A DNA stretch of 64,000 bases, taken from contig JABWCE010000004.1 of NCBI GenBank assembly GCA_013359235.1, forward strand, positions 18,931 through 82,930, given 5' to 3'. Positions 8,696-19,707 of the stretch are shown here, piece by piece. This DNA comes from Bacteroidota bacterium. Its GTDB lineage: Bacteria; Bacteroidota; Bacteroidia; NS11-12g; UBA9320. The notes under the pieces were generated by a model, which was not told where the DNA came from, did not search any database, and saw nothing but the letters and a program-made list of their open reading frames with translations. The translations under genes were made by a program, and so were the position numbers. Within the stretch, counting starts at the first letter, position 1. Every line of letters starts with the position of its first letter.

Positions 8696-11503
8696 ATGCA
8701 AGAAGGAAAAACATATAGATTGGTTCAGGTAGCCAAAGAATTGGGAGTAGGAACTCACACCATTGAAGAACATCTGCAAAAAAAAGGAATGAATTTGGGT
8801 GCCAAACTCAACCCAAACTCTAAAATTTCTCAAGATGCTTATGAAATACTGTTAAAAGACTTTCAATCTGACAAAAAAGCTAAAGATCAATCAAAAAATA
8901 TAGAGGTACAGATGAAGAAAGACCGCGAACCTGTTACCGGTCCTAAAATCGTAAAACCCAAAACTACTTCTGACGAAAAAGAAGAAGAAACTGTATTGGT
9001 TAAAAACCTAATAACTCCTCATAAACCTGTAATAGAGCCTGTAAAAGAAGAAACAAAACCCGAAAAAAAACAAATTGGTCCTAAAGTCGTAGGTAAAATT
9101 GATTTAACAAAAAAATCATCTAAAACCGAAAACACAGAACAAAACAAAGTAATAGCTGAAGAGCAGAAAATTGAAATAACTGAAACAGATGATAAAAAAC
9201 CTGAAATTACACCAGAAACCCAACCCGAAAAAGTTGAAACTGAAGAAAAAGAAATAGTAACTGAAATTATTTCAGATAATGAAACAGAAAAAGCAGAAGA
9301 AGAAACCACACAAAATATTACAACTGAAATATTATCAGAAGATGATAATGTTATAAGAGCAAATGCGCCAAAACTTAAAGGATTATCAGTAAAGGGAAAA
9401 ATAGAAATTCCTCAACCCATAGTTAGAAAAAAAGTAGTTAACGAAGTAGTTCAAAAGAAAAAAAGAATAAGAAAACATACCCCTGAAAAAATTGATACAA
9501 AATCAATAAGTACACATTATACCAAAAAAGCCGATCAAAAAACCGAAAAAGTTCCATTCCAAAGCTCAAAACCTCAAAAGGAGGAAATAAGCAGCAAAGA
9601 AATTCAGGAACAAATGAAACAGACATTATCAAGGCTTGGTTCGCAAAAAGGCAATATACAAGGTGGTAAAATAAGACAAAAAGCCAAAAAAGATAAAAAA
9701 TCAAAATTCCAGACATACAAAGAAGAGCAGGAAATACAAAAAGAAATAGCAAGCAAAAAAATACAAGTTACAGAATTTGTAACAGCAAACGAACTTGCTT
9801 CGCTAATGAACCTAAAAGTAAATGATATAATAACTACATGTTTTTCGCTTGGTATGATGATTTCTATAAATCAGAGATTAGACAAAGAAATAATTACCCT
9901 GCTTGCCGAAAACTTTGGATATGACGTAGATTTTGTTTCGGCTGAAGAACATGTTGAAATTGACGAGGAAAAAGATGATGAAAAAGATTTGAAAGAAAGA
10001 CCCCCTATTGTTACTATTATGGGACATGTGGATCATGGTAAAACATCATTGCTCGATTATATTAGAAATACCAATGTAATAGCAGGTGAAGCCGGAGGCA
10101 TTACCCAACACGTAGCAGCCTATGAAGTAAGCCTTAAAGGTGGCAAAAAAATTACATTTATTGATACCCCAGGCCACGAAGCATTTACAGCTATGCGTGC
10201 AAGAGGTGCAAAAGTTACAGATATTGTAATAATAGTAATAGCAGCCGATGATAGCGTTATGCCACAAACTCGTGAAGCAATTGCACATGCACAAGCAGCA
10301 GGTGTTCCAATAATTTTTGCATTTAATAAAATAGATAAAGAAGGAGCAAATGCAGACAAAATAAGAGAACAACTTTCGGCAATGAGTATTCTGGTTGAAG
10401 AATGGGGTGGAAAATACCAAACTCAGGAAATTTCAGCCAAAAAAGGTTTAAATATTGAACTTTTGCTCGAAAAAGTATTATTAGAAGCAGAATTATTAGA
10501 ACTTAAAGCCAATCCGAACAAACGAGCAAAAGGCACAATAATGGAAACTCATGTTGACAAAGGTAAAGGTGTAGTTGCCACATTGCTTGTACAAGAAGGA
10601 ACATTAAAGGTTGGTGATTTTATTCTTGCCGGAAGCAATTACGGACGTATAAGAGCATTGCTAAACGAAAGAGGTCAAAGAATTCAAAAAGCTGGTCCAT
10701 CAACCCCTGTAAGTGTTCTCGGATTTCAAACTACACCTGCAGCAGGCGATATTTTTATAAAATACGACGATGAACAATCTGCCAAAGAAATAGCAAGCAA
10801 ACGTTCACAGTTGCAAAGAGAACAAGGAATAAGAGCTACAAAACACATTACACTCGAAGAAATAGGAAGACGCCTTGCAGTTGGAGCATTTAAAGAATTG
10901 AAACTTATTGTTAAAGCTGATGTTGACGGCTCGGTTGAAGCACTTTGCGATAGTTTATTAAAATTATCAAAAGACGAAGTTCAGGTTTCGGTAATACACA
11001 AAGGCGTTGGGCAAATTACCGAATCAGATGTTTTACTTGCATCGGCTTCGGATGCAATTATTGTTGGTTTTCAAGTAAGACCGGCTCAAAATGCCAAAAA
11101 ACTTGCCGAAGAAGAAGAAATCGAAATCAAAACTTACTCAATAATTTATCAGGCAATAGAAGAGATAAAAGCTGCTATTGAAGGTATGCTTTCGCCCGAA
11201 ATTGTTGAAGAAATTACCGGAAATATCGAAGTAAGAGAAGTATTTAAAATAACAAAAGTAGGAACAGTTGCAGGATGTTATGTACTTGACGGCAAAATAG
11301 AAAGAAACAACAAACTCCGTATTATTAGAGATGGAGTGGTAATTCACGATGGTGAAATTGCTACTTTAAAACGTTTTAAAGACGATGTAAAAGATGTTGT
11401 AAAAGGCTACGAATGCGGTATTCAGGTAAAAAATTACAACGATATCAGAATTGGCGATTTCTTCGAAACTTACAAGAAAACTGAAGTAAAACGTAATTCT
11501 TAA
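8696..11503 (+). CDS. infB: translation initiation factor IF-2
   Basis: [25 protein letters not shown] and NKID G-domain motifs; C-terminal GYECG. Confidence 0.99.
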   Translation: MQEGKTYRLVQVAKELGVGTHTIEEHLQKKGMNLGAKLNPNSKISQDAYEILLKDFQSDKKAKDQSKNIEVQMKKDREPVTGPKIVKPKTTSDEKEEETVLVKNLITPHKPVIEPVKEETKPEKKQIGPKVVGKIDLTKKSSKTENTEQNKVIAEEQKIEITETDDKKPEITPETQPEKVETEEKEIVTEIISDNETEKAEEETTQNITTEILSEDDNVIRANAPKLKGLSVKGKIEIPQPIVRKKVVNEVVQKKKRIRKHTPEKIDTKSISTHYTKKADQKTEKVPFQSSKPQKEEISSKEIQEQMKQTLSRLGSQKGNIQGGKIRQKAKKDKKSKFQTYKEEQEIQKEIASKKIQVTEFVTANELASLMNLKVNDIITTCFSLGMMISINQRLDKEIITLLAENFGYDVDFVSAEEHVEIDEEKDDEKDLKERPPIVTIMGHVDHGKTSLLDYIRNTNVIAGEAGGITQHVAAYEVSLKGGKKITFIDTPGHEAFTAMRARGAKVTDIVIIVIAADDSVMPQTREAIAHAQAAGVPIIFAFNKIDKEGANADKIREQLSAMSILVEEWGGKYQTQEISAKKGLNIELLLEKVLLEAELLELKANPNKRAKGTIMETHVDKGKGVVATLLVQEGTLKVGDFILAGSNYGRIRALLNERGQRIQKAGPSTPVSVLGFQTTPAAGDIFIKYDDEQSAKEIASKRSQLQREQGIRATKHITLEEIGRRLAVGAFKELKLIVKADVDGSVEALCDSLLKLSKDEVQVSVIHKGVGQITESDVLLASASDAIIVGFQVRPAQNAKKLAEEEEIEIKTYSIIYQAIEEIKAAIEGMLSPEIVEEITGNIEVREVFKITKVGTVAGCYVLDGKIERNNKLRIIRDGVVIHDGEIATLKRFKDDVKDVVKGYECGIQVKNYNDIRIGDFFETYKKTEVKRNS

Positions 11504-11508
11504 AATTT

Positions 11509-12555
11509 ATTTCAAACAAAATAAAAAATATTAGAGACCTTTCGGTTGAAGATATTTCTGAATATCTTAAATCGCACAATCAACCGGTTTTTAGAGCTAA
11601 ACAAATATATCAGTGGCTTTGGCATAAAAGAGCCTCTGCTTTCTCCGAAATGAGCAATATACCAATTGAAATAAGAGAAAAACTGAGTAATGATTTTGAA
11701 TTAAAACCTTTAAAAATATTAAATTCTTTTAAAAGTGCTGATGGAACTATAAAAGTTGCTTTCGAACTTTGGGATGGCAATATTGTTGAGGGAGTGTTAA
11801 TTCCATCTGCCGACAGAATTACAGCTTGTGTAAGCAGCCAGGTTGGATGCAGTTTGAATTGCAGCTTTTGTGCCACCGGTTATCTACCATACAAAAGAAA
11901 CCTTGATGCTGGTGAAATATTTGACCAAGTGTATTTGCTAAAAAAATTAGCCTTAGAAAAAAATAACATTAACTTGTCAAATATAGTATTTATGGGCATG
12001 GGCGAGCCTTTGCTCAATTATTCAAACCTTTTAAAAAGTATAGAACATATTACCAGCCCCGTTGGTTTGGCAATAAGCCCACAAAGAATTACAGTGAGTA
12101 CTTCGGGTATTGCAAAAATGATAAAAAAGCTTGGCGATGACAATGTGAAATTTAATCTTGCACTTTCTCTGCACTATGCTGATAATGATAAACGCACATC
12201 AATTATGCCCATCAACGAATCAAACAACCTTGAAATGCTTGCCGAAGCCCTTGAATATTTTTATTCAAAAACCAAAACAAGAGTTACCCTTGAATACTGC
12301 ATGATTTCAGAAATAAACGATACTGAACAAGATGCACTTAACCTTGCAAATTTTGCCCGAAAAGTAAAATGTAAAATAAACCTTATAGAGTACAACCCAA
12401 TAGATAATGCACTTTACAAACCATCAACCAATATAGCTACACAAAACTTTATAAAAATATTAGAACAAAAAAAACATATAGTAAATTTACGCCGCAGCAG
12501 AGGTAAAGATATTAATGCAGCATGTGGACAGCTTGCAAACAAATTGTTAAAGTAA
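11509..12555 (+). CDS. rlmN: 23S rRNA (A2503)/tRNA C2-methyltransferase RlmN; start probably non-canonical (ATT 11509 or ATA 11521)
   Basis: Radical SAM CxxxCxxC, MGMGEP and AACGQL motifs. The frame continues upstream of the track ATG (11650) with RlmN-like KNIRDLS...FRAKQIYQWLW. Confidence 0.93.
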   Translation: MSNKIKNIRDLSVEDISEYLKSHNQPVFRAKQIYQWLWHKRASAFSEMSNIPIEIREKLSNDFELKPLKILNSFKSADGTIKVAFELWDGNIVEGVLIPSADRITACVSSQVGCSLNCSFCATGYLPYKRNLDAGEIFDQVYLLKKLALEKNNINLSNIVFMGMGEPLLNYSNLLKSIEHITSPVGLAISPQRITVSTSGIAKMIKKLGDDNVKFNLALSLHYADNDKRTSIMPINESNNLEMLAEALEYFYSKTKTRVTLEYCMISEINDTEQDALNLANFARKVKCKINLIEYNPIDNALYKPSTNIATQNFIKILEQKKHIVNLRRSRGKDINAACGQLANKLLK

Positions 12556-12559
12556 AAAA

Positions 12560-13441
12560 ATGAAAGTTTTCAGTTTTCTGATTTATTATTTTCTACTTAT
12601 ACCACTTTCGTTGTTGCCGTATAGTGTTTTATATCTATTTTCAGATTTACTTTACTTTTTACTTTATAAAATTTTTAATTACCGCCAGAAAGTAGTAAGA
12701 AAAAACCTTAAAAATTCATTTCCCCTTTATTCAAAAACCCAAATTGCAGAAATTGAGAAAAAATTTTATTCTCATTTTTGCGATATTATTGTAGAAAGCA
12801 TTAAACTTTTTACTATATCCGAAAAACAACTTTCGGCAAGAATTTTGTTTGCCGATAGAGAATTAATAAACGACTTGTATAAAAAAAATAAAAGTATAAT
12901 TTTTTGTGGCGGACATTACAACAATTGGGAAATGCTTGGAGCAATAATTCAAAAATACATACCACATACTGCCATTGGAATTTATGCACCATTAGAAAAC
13001 AGTTTTTTCAATAAAAAATTTATCAAAAGCAGAACAAAATTTGGATTAAAACTTCTTTCGATGAAAAAAGTTAAAGAAGGTTTTGAGGAGAACAAAACGC
13101 TACTTACAGCTACTTTTTTTGCAACCGACCAATCACCTACTTACAGCAAAAATGTATATTGGACACAATTTTTAAATCAAGAAACTGCTGTTTATACAGG
13201 TACAGAGTATTTTGCCAAAACATACAACTTCCCGGTTGTGTTTGGATATATTACAAAGACAAAAAGAGGTTTTTACGATTTCAAAGCTGAACTTATTTGT
13301 GAAAATCCAAAATCTACCAAAGTAGGTGAAATTACTGAACTTCACACCCGAATTCTTGAAAAACAAATTTTAAATGAGCCGCAATATTGGCTTTGGACTC
13401 ATAAACGCTGGAAAAGAAAAAAAGAAATAAAAAATCCATAA
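12560..13441 (+). CDS. lipid A biosynthesis acyltransferase (LpxL/HtrB family)
   Basis: N-terminal TM, GHYNNWE, DQSP and QYWLWTHKRWK motifs. Confidence 0.9.
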   Translation: MKVFSFLIYYFLLIPLSLLPYSVLYLFSDLLYFLLYKIFNYRQKVVRKNLKNSFPLYSKTQIAEIEKKFYSHFCDIIVESIKLFTISEKQLSARILFADRELINDLYKKNKSIIFCGGHYNNWEMLGAIIQKYIPHTAIGIYAPLENSFFNKKFIKSRTKFGLKLLSMKKVKEGFEENKTLLTATFFATDQSPTYSKNVYWTQFLNQETAVYTGTEYFAKTYNFPVVFGYITKTKRGFYDFKAELICENPKSTKVGEITELHTRILEKQILNEPQYWLWTHKRWKRKKEIKNP

Positions 13442-13480
13442 AAATCATTTACCAAACTTTATAATTTAGCATTTATTCCT

Positions 13481-13488
13481 TACGTTTG
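13481..13488 (+). promoter_or_regulatory. -7 promoter element (TACGTTTG) of TPR-CHAT gene
   Basis: TAnnTTTG about 27 nt upstream of the ATG. Confidence 0.55.
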
Positions 13489-13514
13489 AATTAAATTTAA
13501 AACTCATAATTGTT

Positions 13515-16500
13515 ATGTTAAAAAAAATAACATATTTATTTATTTCATTATTTCTGTTTTTTGATATTGCTTTTTCGCAGGATATGAAGCCTTTGAATAA
13601 AAAAACTCTTGAACAGGCTGATTCGTTCACCGCCCTTTACCAGAAAGACTGGCAAGATACTTTCAGAAAACAAGCACTCGATTTGTATTTTGATGTAATT
13701 ATTTATGAGAGAAAACAAACACCGTCTGATACAGCAGCACTTGTTCATTCATATTACATGGTTGGTTATGTTGATATGATTTGGGGAGAATACAAATGGG
13801 GTATGGAAGCATTTGAAAAAATGCTTAAATATTGCAAAACAGAAAAGTACAGAGAATTTAAAAATAAAGCCTTACCCTATATGGGATATTGTATAAAACA
13901 AACAAGATTAAAAAATTATACTTTCGATATCCCTGAATTTAAAAAAACCCAAAGAAAAGAATTTTATTTTCCTATAACACATGTTTTTGATAAAACAAAT
14001 GATACACTTACAGTAAAAATAAACTTTGGTACTTATGATGGTATCGGGCTTGGAGCCTATGGTATTGTAAAAGGAGCGGATAATGATTACACAAAAGACC
14101 ATGGCTCAAAATTCTTGGGGTATTGCGAAGTAACTGATATTGCCGAAAGTCAGGCAATATTAAAAATATTTAATTTTCAAGGTACAGACTCAAACAGTAT
14201 GGTTTATGAAAACGATATTGTAAAACTCCCTATAATGTTTCCCAAAAGGTTTGAAGACCTGATAACAGAATGTTTAAAATACAATGTGGTATTTTATAAC
14301 CGCGATGGATATCATTTTTACGATTACCGCCAGTGGTATATGTATGGCAGCGATTCTCTTTTTGAAGATATACTTCAAGCTATGACTTATGATATAAACC
14401 AGAGTTACTTTAAATTTCAGAATAGTGATATAGAAGTATTAAAAAAAGTAATAGAAAAAGGTAGGTTTCAAGGGCAAACTTTGCTTGAAGTTTTTAAAAA
14501 TACAAAAAAAATTGATGTAAAAAACTTTATTAGTTATGCTTCGTACTATGCCGCTTCATATTTTGGTTTAAATTCTCTGATATCAAAATATGCCGATTGG
14601 GCATTGTCTGGTTGCCCGGTGAGTTACGGAGAATTTTTTGATGCTATAGATGCCGCTAAAACCGATGCCGAACTTAAAGCAATTGCCGAAAAATATAAAA
14701 CAGCAACCGAAAAAGGCGATTATTTTACATATCTTGGAAATGATGAAGAAGATCTTGTAGACAACGAGCAAAAAGAAAGAGGCTTTAAACTTAACAGAAA
14801 ACATACAATAGTAGCCGAATATATGAATATGCCCGTGCAAATTGGCTGGAGTTATTTCTTTAAAGCCAGAATGCACAATTTGATAGGCGACGACGACTCT
14901 GTTATTTGGGCATATACAAAAGGCATTGAATATTTTAAAAAGGCAAAAGATATAAAAGGAGAAGGGTTTTGCATAGGTAATATCGCTGCAAAATATTACG
15001 ACCTTGAAAACTACAAAAAAGCTTTAATATACTATCGCGAGAGTTATGCAATGAAAAGCAAAATTACCGATGTAGATTCTTCAGAGTATTACAAAGGGCT
15101 TGCAATAGCACTGCATGGCATGGCAGATTGCTTTTACAATTTAAACGAGTTTGATTCATCATTGAAAACCTATAACAAATCAACAATTTATTATATAAAA
15201 ACAAATACTGTTGATGCAAGATCACGTTCGTTAAGTACTTATAAATACATTGCCAAAATACTAAAGAAACAAAGCAAATACCCCGAAGCATTCAAAACTT
15301 ACGAAGCACTTCAGTTAAGGTATAAACAATTGGGCGATCAAAAAAATGTAGCAGAAACTTATGATGATTTAGCCGATGTTTTATTTAGTTTAAATGATTA
15401 TATAAAATCAGCCGATTATTATAACAGAGCATACAAGCTAAAATTGAGTTGGAATGACAAAGCCGGCGCAGGTTATTCAAAGGCTTCTGTGGGACAGGCG
15501 TTGTACAATTTAGGCGAATTTGACCTTGCAATTGCCGCTCATGATACAGCCCAAAAACTACGTGCAGAAGGCGATGACCAATCCGGAGTTGCTTACTCTC
15601 TAAAACAAATGGGGGCTTTGTACTCTGAAAATGGCGATTACACAAAAGCAAACGAATATTATGACAAAGCTTATAAAATATATTCAGAACTCGGGTATAA
15701 TGCAAGTATGGCATCTGTAAAAAGTTCAAGAGGTGCACTTGACAAAAAAATATCCAATTATATTTCGGCACTTAACAATTATTTAGAAGCTTTGAGTCTA
15801 TATACAAAAGTTAATGATAAAATAGAAATTGGGAACACTTATTACAATATTGCTTCGGTTTATGGTAAACAAAATAAAATAAAGACAGCATTAAAATATC
15901 TTGATACAGCAATAAAAATTCAATACGAAACAGGCGATTTATCAGGGCAATTGTACACCTTGCTTTATCAGGGCAGTTTGATTGAAATTGAGTATAAAGA
16001 CAATGCCAAAGCAATGACATTTTATAAAAAAGCTCTTGAAATTGCCAAACAAACTGCAAGCCCTTATAATATAGCTACCTGTCAAACATCAATAGGTGCA
16101 TTGTACTCAAATATGGGTCAATACTCAAAAGCCAAACCCTATTACGACAGCAGTTACAGAATTTATGTAAAAATTTTAGATAAATTACAGCAAACTTATG
16201 CTTTAGTAAATTTAGGATATTACTATTGCAATATTGGTAATTTTACCGAAGGTGAGAAATATTTTAATAAATCATTGGCTTTAGCCATTGAAATTAAAAA
16301 TAACAATGCACAAGCAAATGCCTACAGTTCGCTTGGTGGTATTGGACGTATTACAGGACAATTTCAACAGGCAATTTCATATTTGAATAAAAGTATTGAA
16401 ATATATAAAACAAGTGATAATCCATGGGGTATAGCATCATGCTATATTGATTTAGGTAATATTCAAAATGAACTTTCAAAGTATAGCGATGCCGTAGCAT

Positions 16501-18653
16501 ATTACAACAAGGCTGATAGCATATACAAAGCCATAGGTAATGAATATTTCCGCTCTACTCCGCTGAACAATGCCGGAACTATCTTTTATCATCAGGGCAA
16601 CTATGACAGTTCGCTTAAATACTTTATGCCGGCTCTCGATATTGTCAAAAAAATGGATCCCGAAAGTGATTTTGTAAACCTTATTACTATAAACATAGGC
16701 GAAGTGTTTGTTGAACAAAAAAAATATGACGAAGGTGAAAAATGGCTGAAAAAAGGACTTGAAAACTCATTAAAACGTGAAGATAAAAGAAACAAAGGAA
16801 TTGCTTACAGGATTTTAGCCAAATACAATATTGAAAAGAAAAATTATAAAGAAGGCGAAATGCAGGCTTTTAAGGCTTATGAATATATTGGAGATTCGGG
16901 AGAAATAGAACAAAAAACAGACAATTACAACCAAATAGGAAGAGTAAAATATGAACTAAACGATTACAAAACAGCAATTGAGTGGTTTGATAAAACAATT
17001 AAAACTTCTGAAGCAGTAGGGTTTGTAAAATATCTTTATCAGGCATATTATTATAGCGCATTGGCTTACGATAAGCTAAACCGTAAAGATACCGCACTTA
17101 GAAGAATAAAACGCTCAATTGAAATACTTGAAAAAATTACAGGAAATATTGCAGGAGGTGCCGAAGCCAAAAAACTTTTTACAACCGGCGATTTACAACA
17201 ACGGATGTACGAAAAAATAGTAGAATGGCTCTTAGAACAAGGAAAAATTGAAGAAGCAATTACCTACCTCGAAAAAAGCAACAATGAAGCATTGAACTCT
17301 AAATTTAAACAACTAAGAGGTAATAAAGCTGAAGTAAACTCTGAAACTCAAAAAATATTAAGTGAAGCAGAAGAAAAGCAAAAGTCTCTTGAAAAAATTA
17401 ATGCTGAATTGATAAAAGAAAAATCAAAACCCGAAGACCAGCAGAAAAAAGATTTGATAAAAAAACTTGAAGAATTTCAACAAATAAGCCAGAAAGAATA
17501 CAACAAATTTTTTAAAGATTTAGTAAAAAACAATCCTAAAATTCAGCTTTATCTCAGCAATAGTGTAAATCCTGAAGATTTTAAAGAACAGAGAAAAAAT
17601 ATAGCACCCGATATGGGAGTACTACTTTATATGATGGCTGAAAAAAATTTATATATTTTTTGCGCCACTCGTGATTCGGTATTTGCAAAAGTTGTAAAAA
17701 TTGACAGCAAAGAATTGAGCAAAAAAATTATGTTAGCCTACAACCTTGTTAGAAATCCAACATATCTGCCTACTACAAGGCGTGGATCGAAACCTGTAAA
17801 TACACCAAAAGTAGATAACCCCGAAAAAGTGCTTAACCAAACAAGTGCCGAGCTTTACAGTATATTAATAGAACCATTAAAAAAAGAAATTGAAGGTAAA
17901 AAAAGACTTGTTATAATCCCCAATGGCGATTTGTTTTATTTACCATTTCACGGTTTGATTTCAAAACTTGAAAACAATAAAATTTCATATCTTATGGACG
18001 ATTATACTATTTTTTACAGTAACCGTCTTAGTTTCATTGGAAGTACACAATCTGTTGATTTATCAGATTTCAGGCTTATGGCAGTAGGCAATGCCGATAA
18101 AAGTTTGCCAAATGCCGAAGTAGAAGTAAACGACATAAAGAAAATGTTTCCTTCTTCAATAATTTTAATTGGTGAAAAAGCCACAAAAGACGAGTTGATT
18201 ACACAATCAGAAAATTACAACATTTTGCACTTTGCTACTCACGGAATATTAGATTACAACAGTTTTGACAGTTCGTACCTCGTACTTGCCCCAAACAAAA
18301 GCAAAGGAGACAATGGACACTTTACTTTGAATGACATTTCAAATCTGAATAAAATTGATGAATATCTACTTGTTACACTCTCGGCTTGTGAAACTGCAGT
18401 AAAAAATGACCTTGTAGAGGGTTATCCCCAAACTACTGCATCAGCATTTCTCAAGGCGGGTGTTGAATCTGTAATTGCTTCTCTATGGCAGGTTGATGAT
18501 AAAGCTACAAGCATATTGATGAAAAAGTTTTACGAAAACCTTTCTACAATGAACAAAGTGGAAGCTTTGCACAAAGCACAGATAGATTTGAGCAAAATGC
18601 CAGGTTTTAGTCATCCATTTTATTGGGCTCCTTTTGCGTATTACGGAAAATAA
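13515..18653 (+). CDS. signal-peptide-bearing TPR-repeat CHAT-domain (caspase-like) protease
   Basis: Sec signal ending AFS/Q, long array of ~40-aa TPRs, CHAT motifs IIPNG.L..LPF, LHFATHG (His), LSACET (Cys), SLWQVDD, HPFYWAPF. Confidence 0.92.
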   Translation: MLKKITYLFISLFLFFDIAFSQDMKPLNKKTLEQADSFTALYQKDWQDTFRKQALDLYFDVIIYERKQTPSDTAALVHSYYMVGYVDMIWGEYKWGMEAFEKMLKYCKTEKYREFKNKALPYMGYCIKQTRLKNYTFDIPEFKKTQRKEFYFPITHVFDKTNDTLTVKINFGTYDGIGLGAYGIVKGADNDYTKDHGSKFLGYCEVTDIAESQAILKIFNFQGTDSNSMVYENDIVKLPIMFPKRFEDLITECLKYNVVFYNRDGYHFYDYRQWYMYGSDSLFEDILQAMTYDINQSYFKFQNSDIEVLKKVIEKGRFQGQTLLEVFKNTKKIDVKNFISYASYYAASYFGLNSLISKYADWALSGCPVSYGEFFDAIDAAKTDAELKAIAEKYKTATEKGDYFTYLGNDEEDLVDNEQKERGFKLNRKHTIVAEYMNMPVQIGWSYFFKARMHNLIGDDDSVIWAYTKGIEYFKKAKDIKGEGFCIGNIAAKYYDLENYKKALIYYRESYAMKSKITDVDSSEYYKGLAIALHGMADCFYNLNEFDSSLKTYNKSTIYYIKTNTVDARSRSLSTYKYIAKILKKQSKYPEAFKTYEALQLRYKQLGDQKNVAETYDDLADVLFSLNDYIKSADYYNRAYKLKLSWNDKAGAGYSKASVGQALYNLGEFDLAIAAHDTAQKLRAEGDDQSGVAYSLKQMGALYSENGDYTKANEYYDKAYKIYSELGYNASMASVKSSRGALDKKISNYISALNNYLEALSLYTKVNDKIEIGNTYYNIASVYGKQNKIKTALKYLDTAIKIQYETGDLSGQLYTLLYQGSLIEIEYKDNAKAMTFYKKALEIAKQTASPYNIATCQTSIGALYSNMGQYSKAKPYYDSSYRIYVKILDKLQQTYALVNLGYYYCNIGNFTEGEKYFNKSLALAIEIKNNNAQANAYSSLGGIGRITGQFQQAISYLNKSIEIYKTSDNPWGIASCYIDLGNIQNELSKYSDAVAYYNKADSIYKAIGNEYFRSTPLNNAGTIFYHQGNYDSSLKYFMPALDIVKKMDPESDFVNLITINIGEVFVEQKKYDEGEKWLKKGLENSLKREDKRNKGIAYRILAKYNIEKKNYKEGEMQAFKAYEYIGDSGEIEQKTDNYNQIGRVKYELNDYKTAIEWFDKTIKTSEAVGFVKYLYQAYYYSALAYDKLNRKDTALRRIKRSIEILEKITGNIAGGAEAKKLFTTGDLQQRMYEKIVEWLLEQGKIEEAITYLEKSNNEALNSKFKQLRGNKAEVNSETQKILSEAEEKQKSLEKINAELIKEKSKPEDQQKKDLIKKLEEFQQISQKEYNKFFKDLVKNNPKIQLYLSNSVNPEDFKEQRKNIAPDMGVLLYMMAEKNLYIFCATRDSVFAKVVKIDSKELSKKIMLAYNLVRNPTYLPTTRRGSKPVNTPKVDNPEKVLNQTSAELYSILIEPLKKEIEGKKRLVIIPNGDLFYLPFHGLISKLENNKISYLMDDYTIFYSNRLSFIGSTQSVDLSDFRLMAVGNADKSLPNAEVEVNDIKKMFPSSIILIGEKATKDELITQSENYNILHFATHGILDYNSFDSSYLVLAPNKSKGDNGHFTLNDISNLNKIDEYLLVTLSACETAVKNDLVEGYPQTTASAFLKAGVESVIASLWQVDDKATSILMKKFYENLSTMNKVEALHKAQIDLSKMPGFSHPFYWAPFAYYGK

Positions 18654-18662
18654 AACAATAAA

Positions 18663-18691
18663 AAAAACTGCCGTTTATTACGACAGTTTTT
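18663..18691. terminator. bidirectional intrinsic terminator between CHAT gene and cold-shock gene
   Basis: AAAAACTGCCGT-TTATT-ACGACAGTTTTT inverted repeat with A/T tracts on both sides. Confidence 0.7.
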
Positions 18692-18737
18692 AAATAAAAA
18701 TATTTAAAGTAAGTTTTTGTTTACGATTTAAATAATT

Positions 18738-18929
18738 TTAAGCTCTTCTGACATTAATAGCCGAAGGTCCCCTTCTGCCATCTTGTACATCAAAAGTAAC
18801 CTGGTCATCTTGAGAAATTTTGTCAATCAAACCATTAGCGTGTACAAAAATTTCCTGGCCGTTTTCGTTGTTTTTGATAAAGCCATAGCCTTTTGATACA
18901 TTAAAAAATTTTACAGTTCCTGTGTTCAT
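18738..18929 (-). CDS. cold-shock protein (CspA family)
   Basis: GTVKFFN..KGYGFI (RNP1), IFVH (RNP2), GPSA.NV. Confidence 0.95.
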   Translation of the reverse strand: MNTGTVKFFNVSKGYGFIKNNENGQEIFVHANGLIDKISQDDQVTFDVQDGRRGPSAINVRRA

Positions 18930-19102
18930 TAGTAAATAAATTAAAAATTGATTATTAAAAAATAAGCGACAAATTTAGTCTTATTTTATATCATAAAATC
19001 TAATTTCTAAAAATTTAATTTTTATTTTAATAACAATTGATTGAAATGGTGTTTTTAGACAACTTTCAAAAATGTAATTTTGAAAAAAATTATATAAAAT
19101 AA

Positions 19103-19687
19103 ATGGACTCTGAAAAAAATTATTTTGCTCACACGTCTTCATATATTGATGAAGGATGTAATATAGGAGAAGGTACTAAAATATGGCATTTCAGCCATAT
19201 TATGAAAGATTGTACCATTGGCAAAAATTGTAATATTGGTCAAAACGTTGTGATATCTCCTCGGGTAATTTTGGGCAATAACGTAAAAATTCAAAACAAT
19301 GTAAGTGTATATACCGGAGTAACCTGCGATGACGATGTTTTTTTGGGGCCAAGCATGGTTTTTACTAATGTAATAAATCCACGAAGCGCTGTAAACAGAA
19401 GAGATAGCTATCTAAGAACAAAAGTAGGCAAAGGGGCAAGCATTGGTGCAAATGCAACTATAGTTTGCGGAAACGATATTGGAAAATATTCATTTATTGG
19501 AGCTGGTGCTGTAGTTACAAAAAATATACCCGATTACGCTCTTGTGGTTGGAAATCCGGCAAAACAAATAGGGTGGATTAGCGAATACGGACATAGGCTT
19601 AATTTTGGTAATGATGGTACAGCTATTTGCCCTGAAAGCAAAGAACAATATAAACTGGAAAATGGAAAAGTTTCAAAAATTTCCTGA
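19103..19687 (+). CDS. hexapeptide-repeat sugar N-acetyltransferase (WbpD/WlbB-like)
   Basis: IGEGTKIWHFSH, GPSMVFTNV.NPRS and GNPA left-handed beta-helix motifs. Confidence 0.88.
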   Translation: MDSEKNYFAHTSSYIDEGCNIGEGTKIWHFSHIMKDCTIGKNCNIGQNVVISPRVILGNNVKIQNNVSVYTGVTCDDDVFLGPSMVFTNVINPRSAVNRRDSYLRTKVGKGASIGANATIVCGNDIGKYSFIGAGAVVTKNIPDYALVVGNPAKQIGWISEYGHRLNFGNDGTAICPESKEQYKLENGKVSKIS

Positions 19688-19707
19688 AAATTAATTTTAA
19701 TTTTAAA

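Noticed and set aside
8900-9750. E/K/T-rich quasi-repeats in infB
   Set aside because: Normal low-complexity IF2 N-terminal linker; no exact DNA tandem repeat.
13515-18653. TPR-CHAT as part of a type III-E CRISPR (Craspase) locus
   Set aside because: No cas genes or repeat-spacer array in the window, and the protein has a signal peptide.
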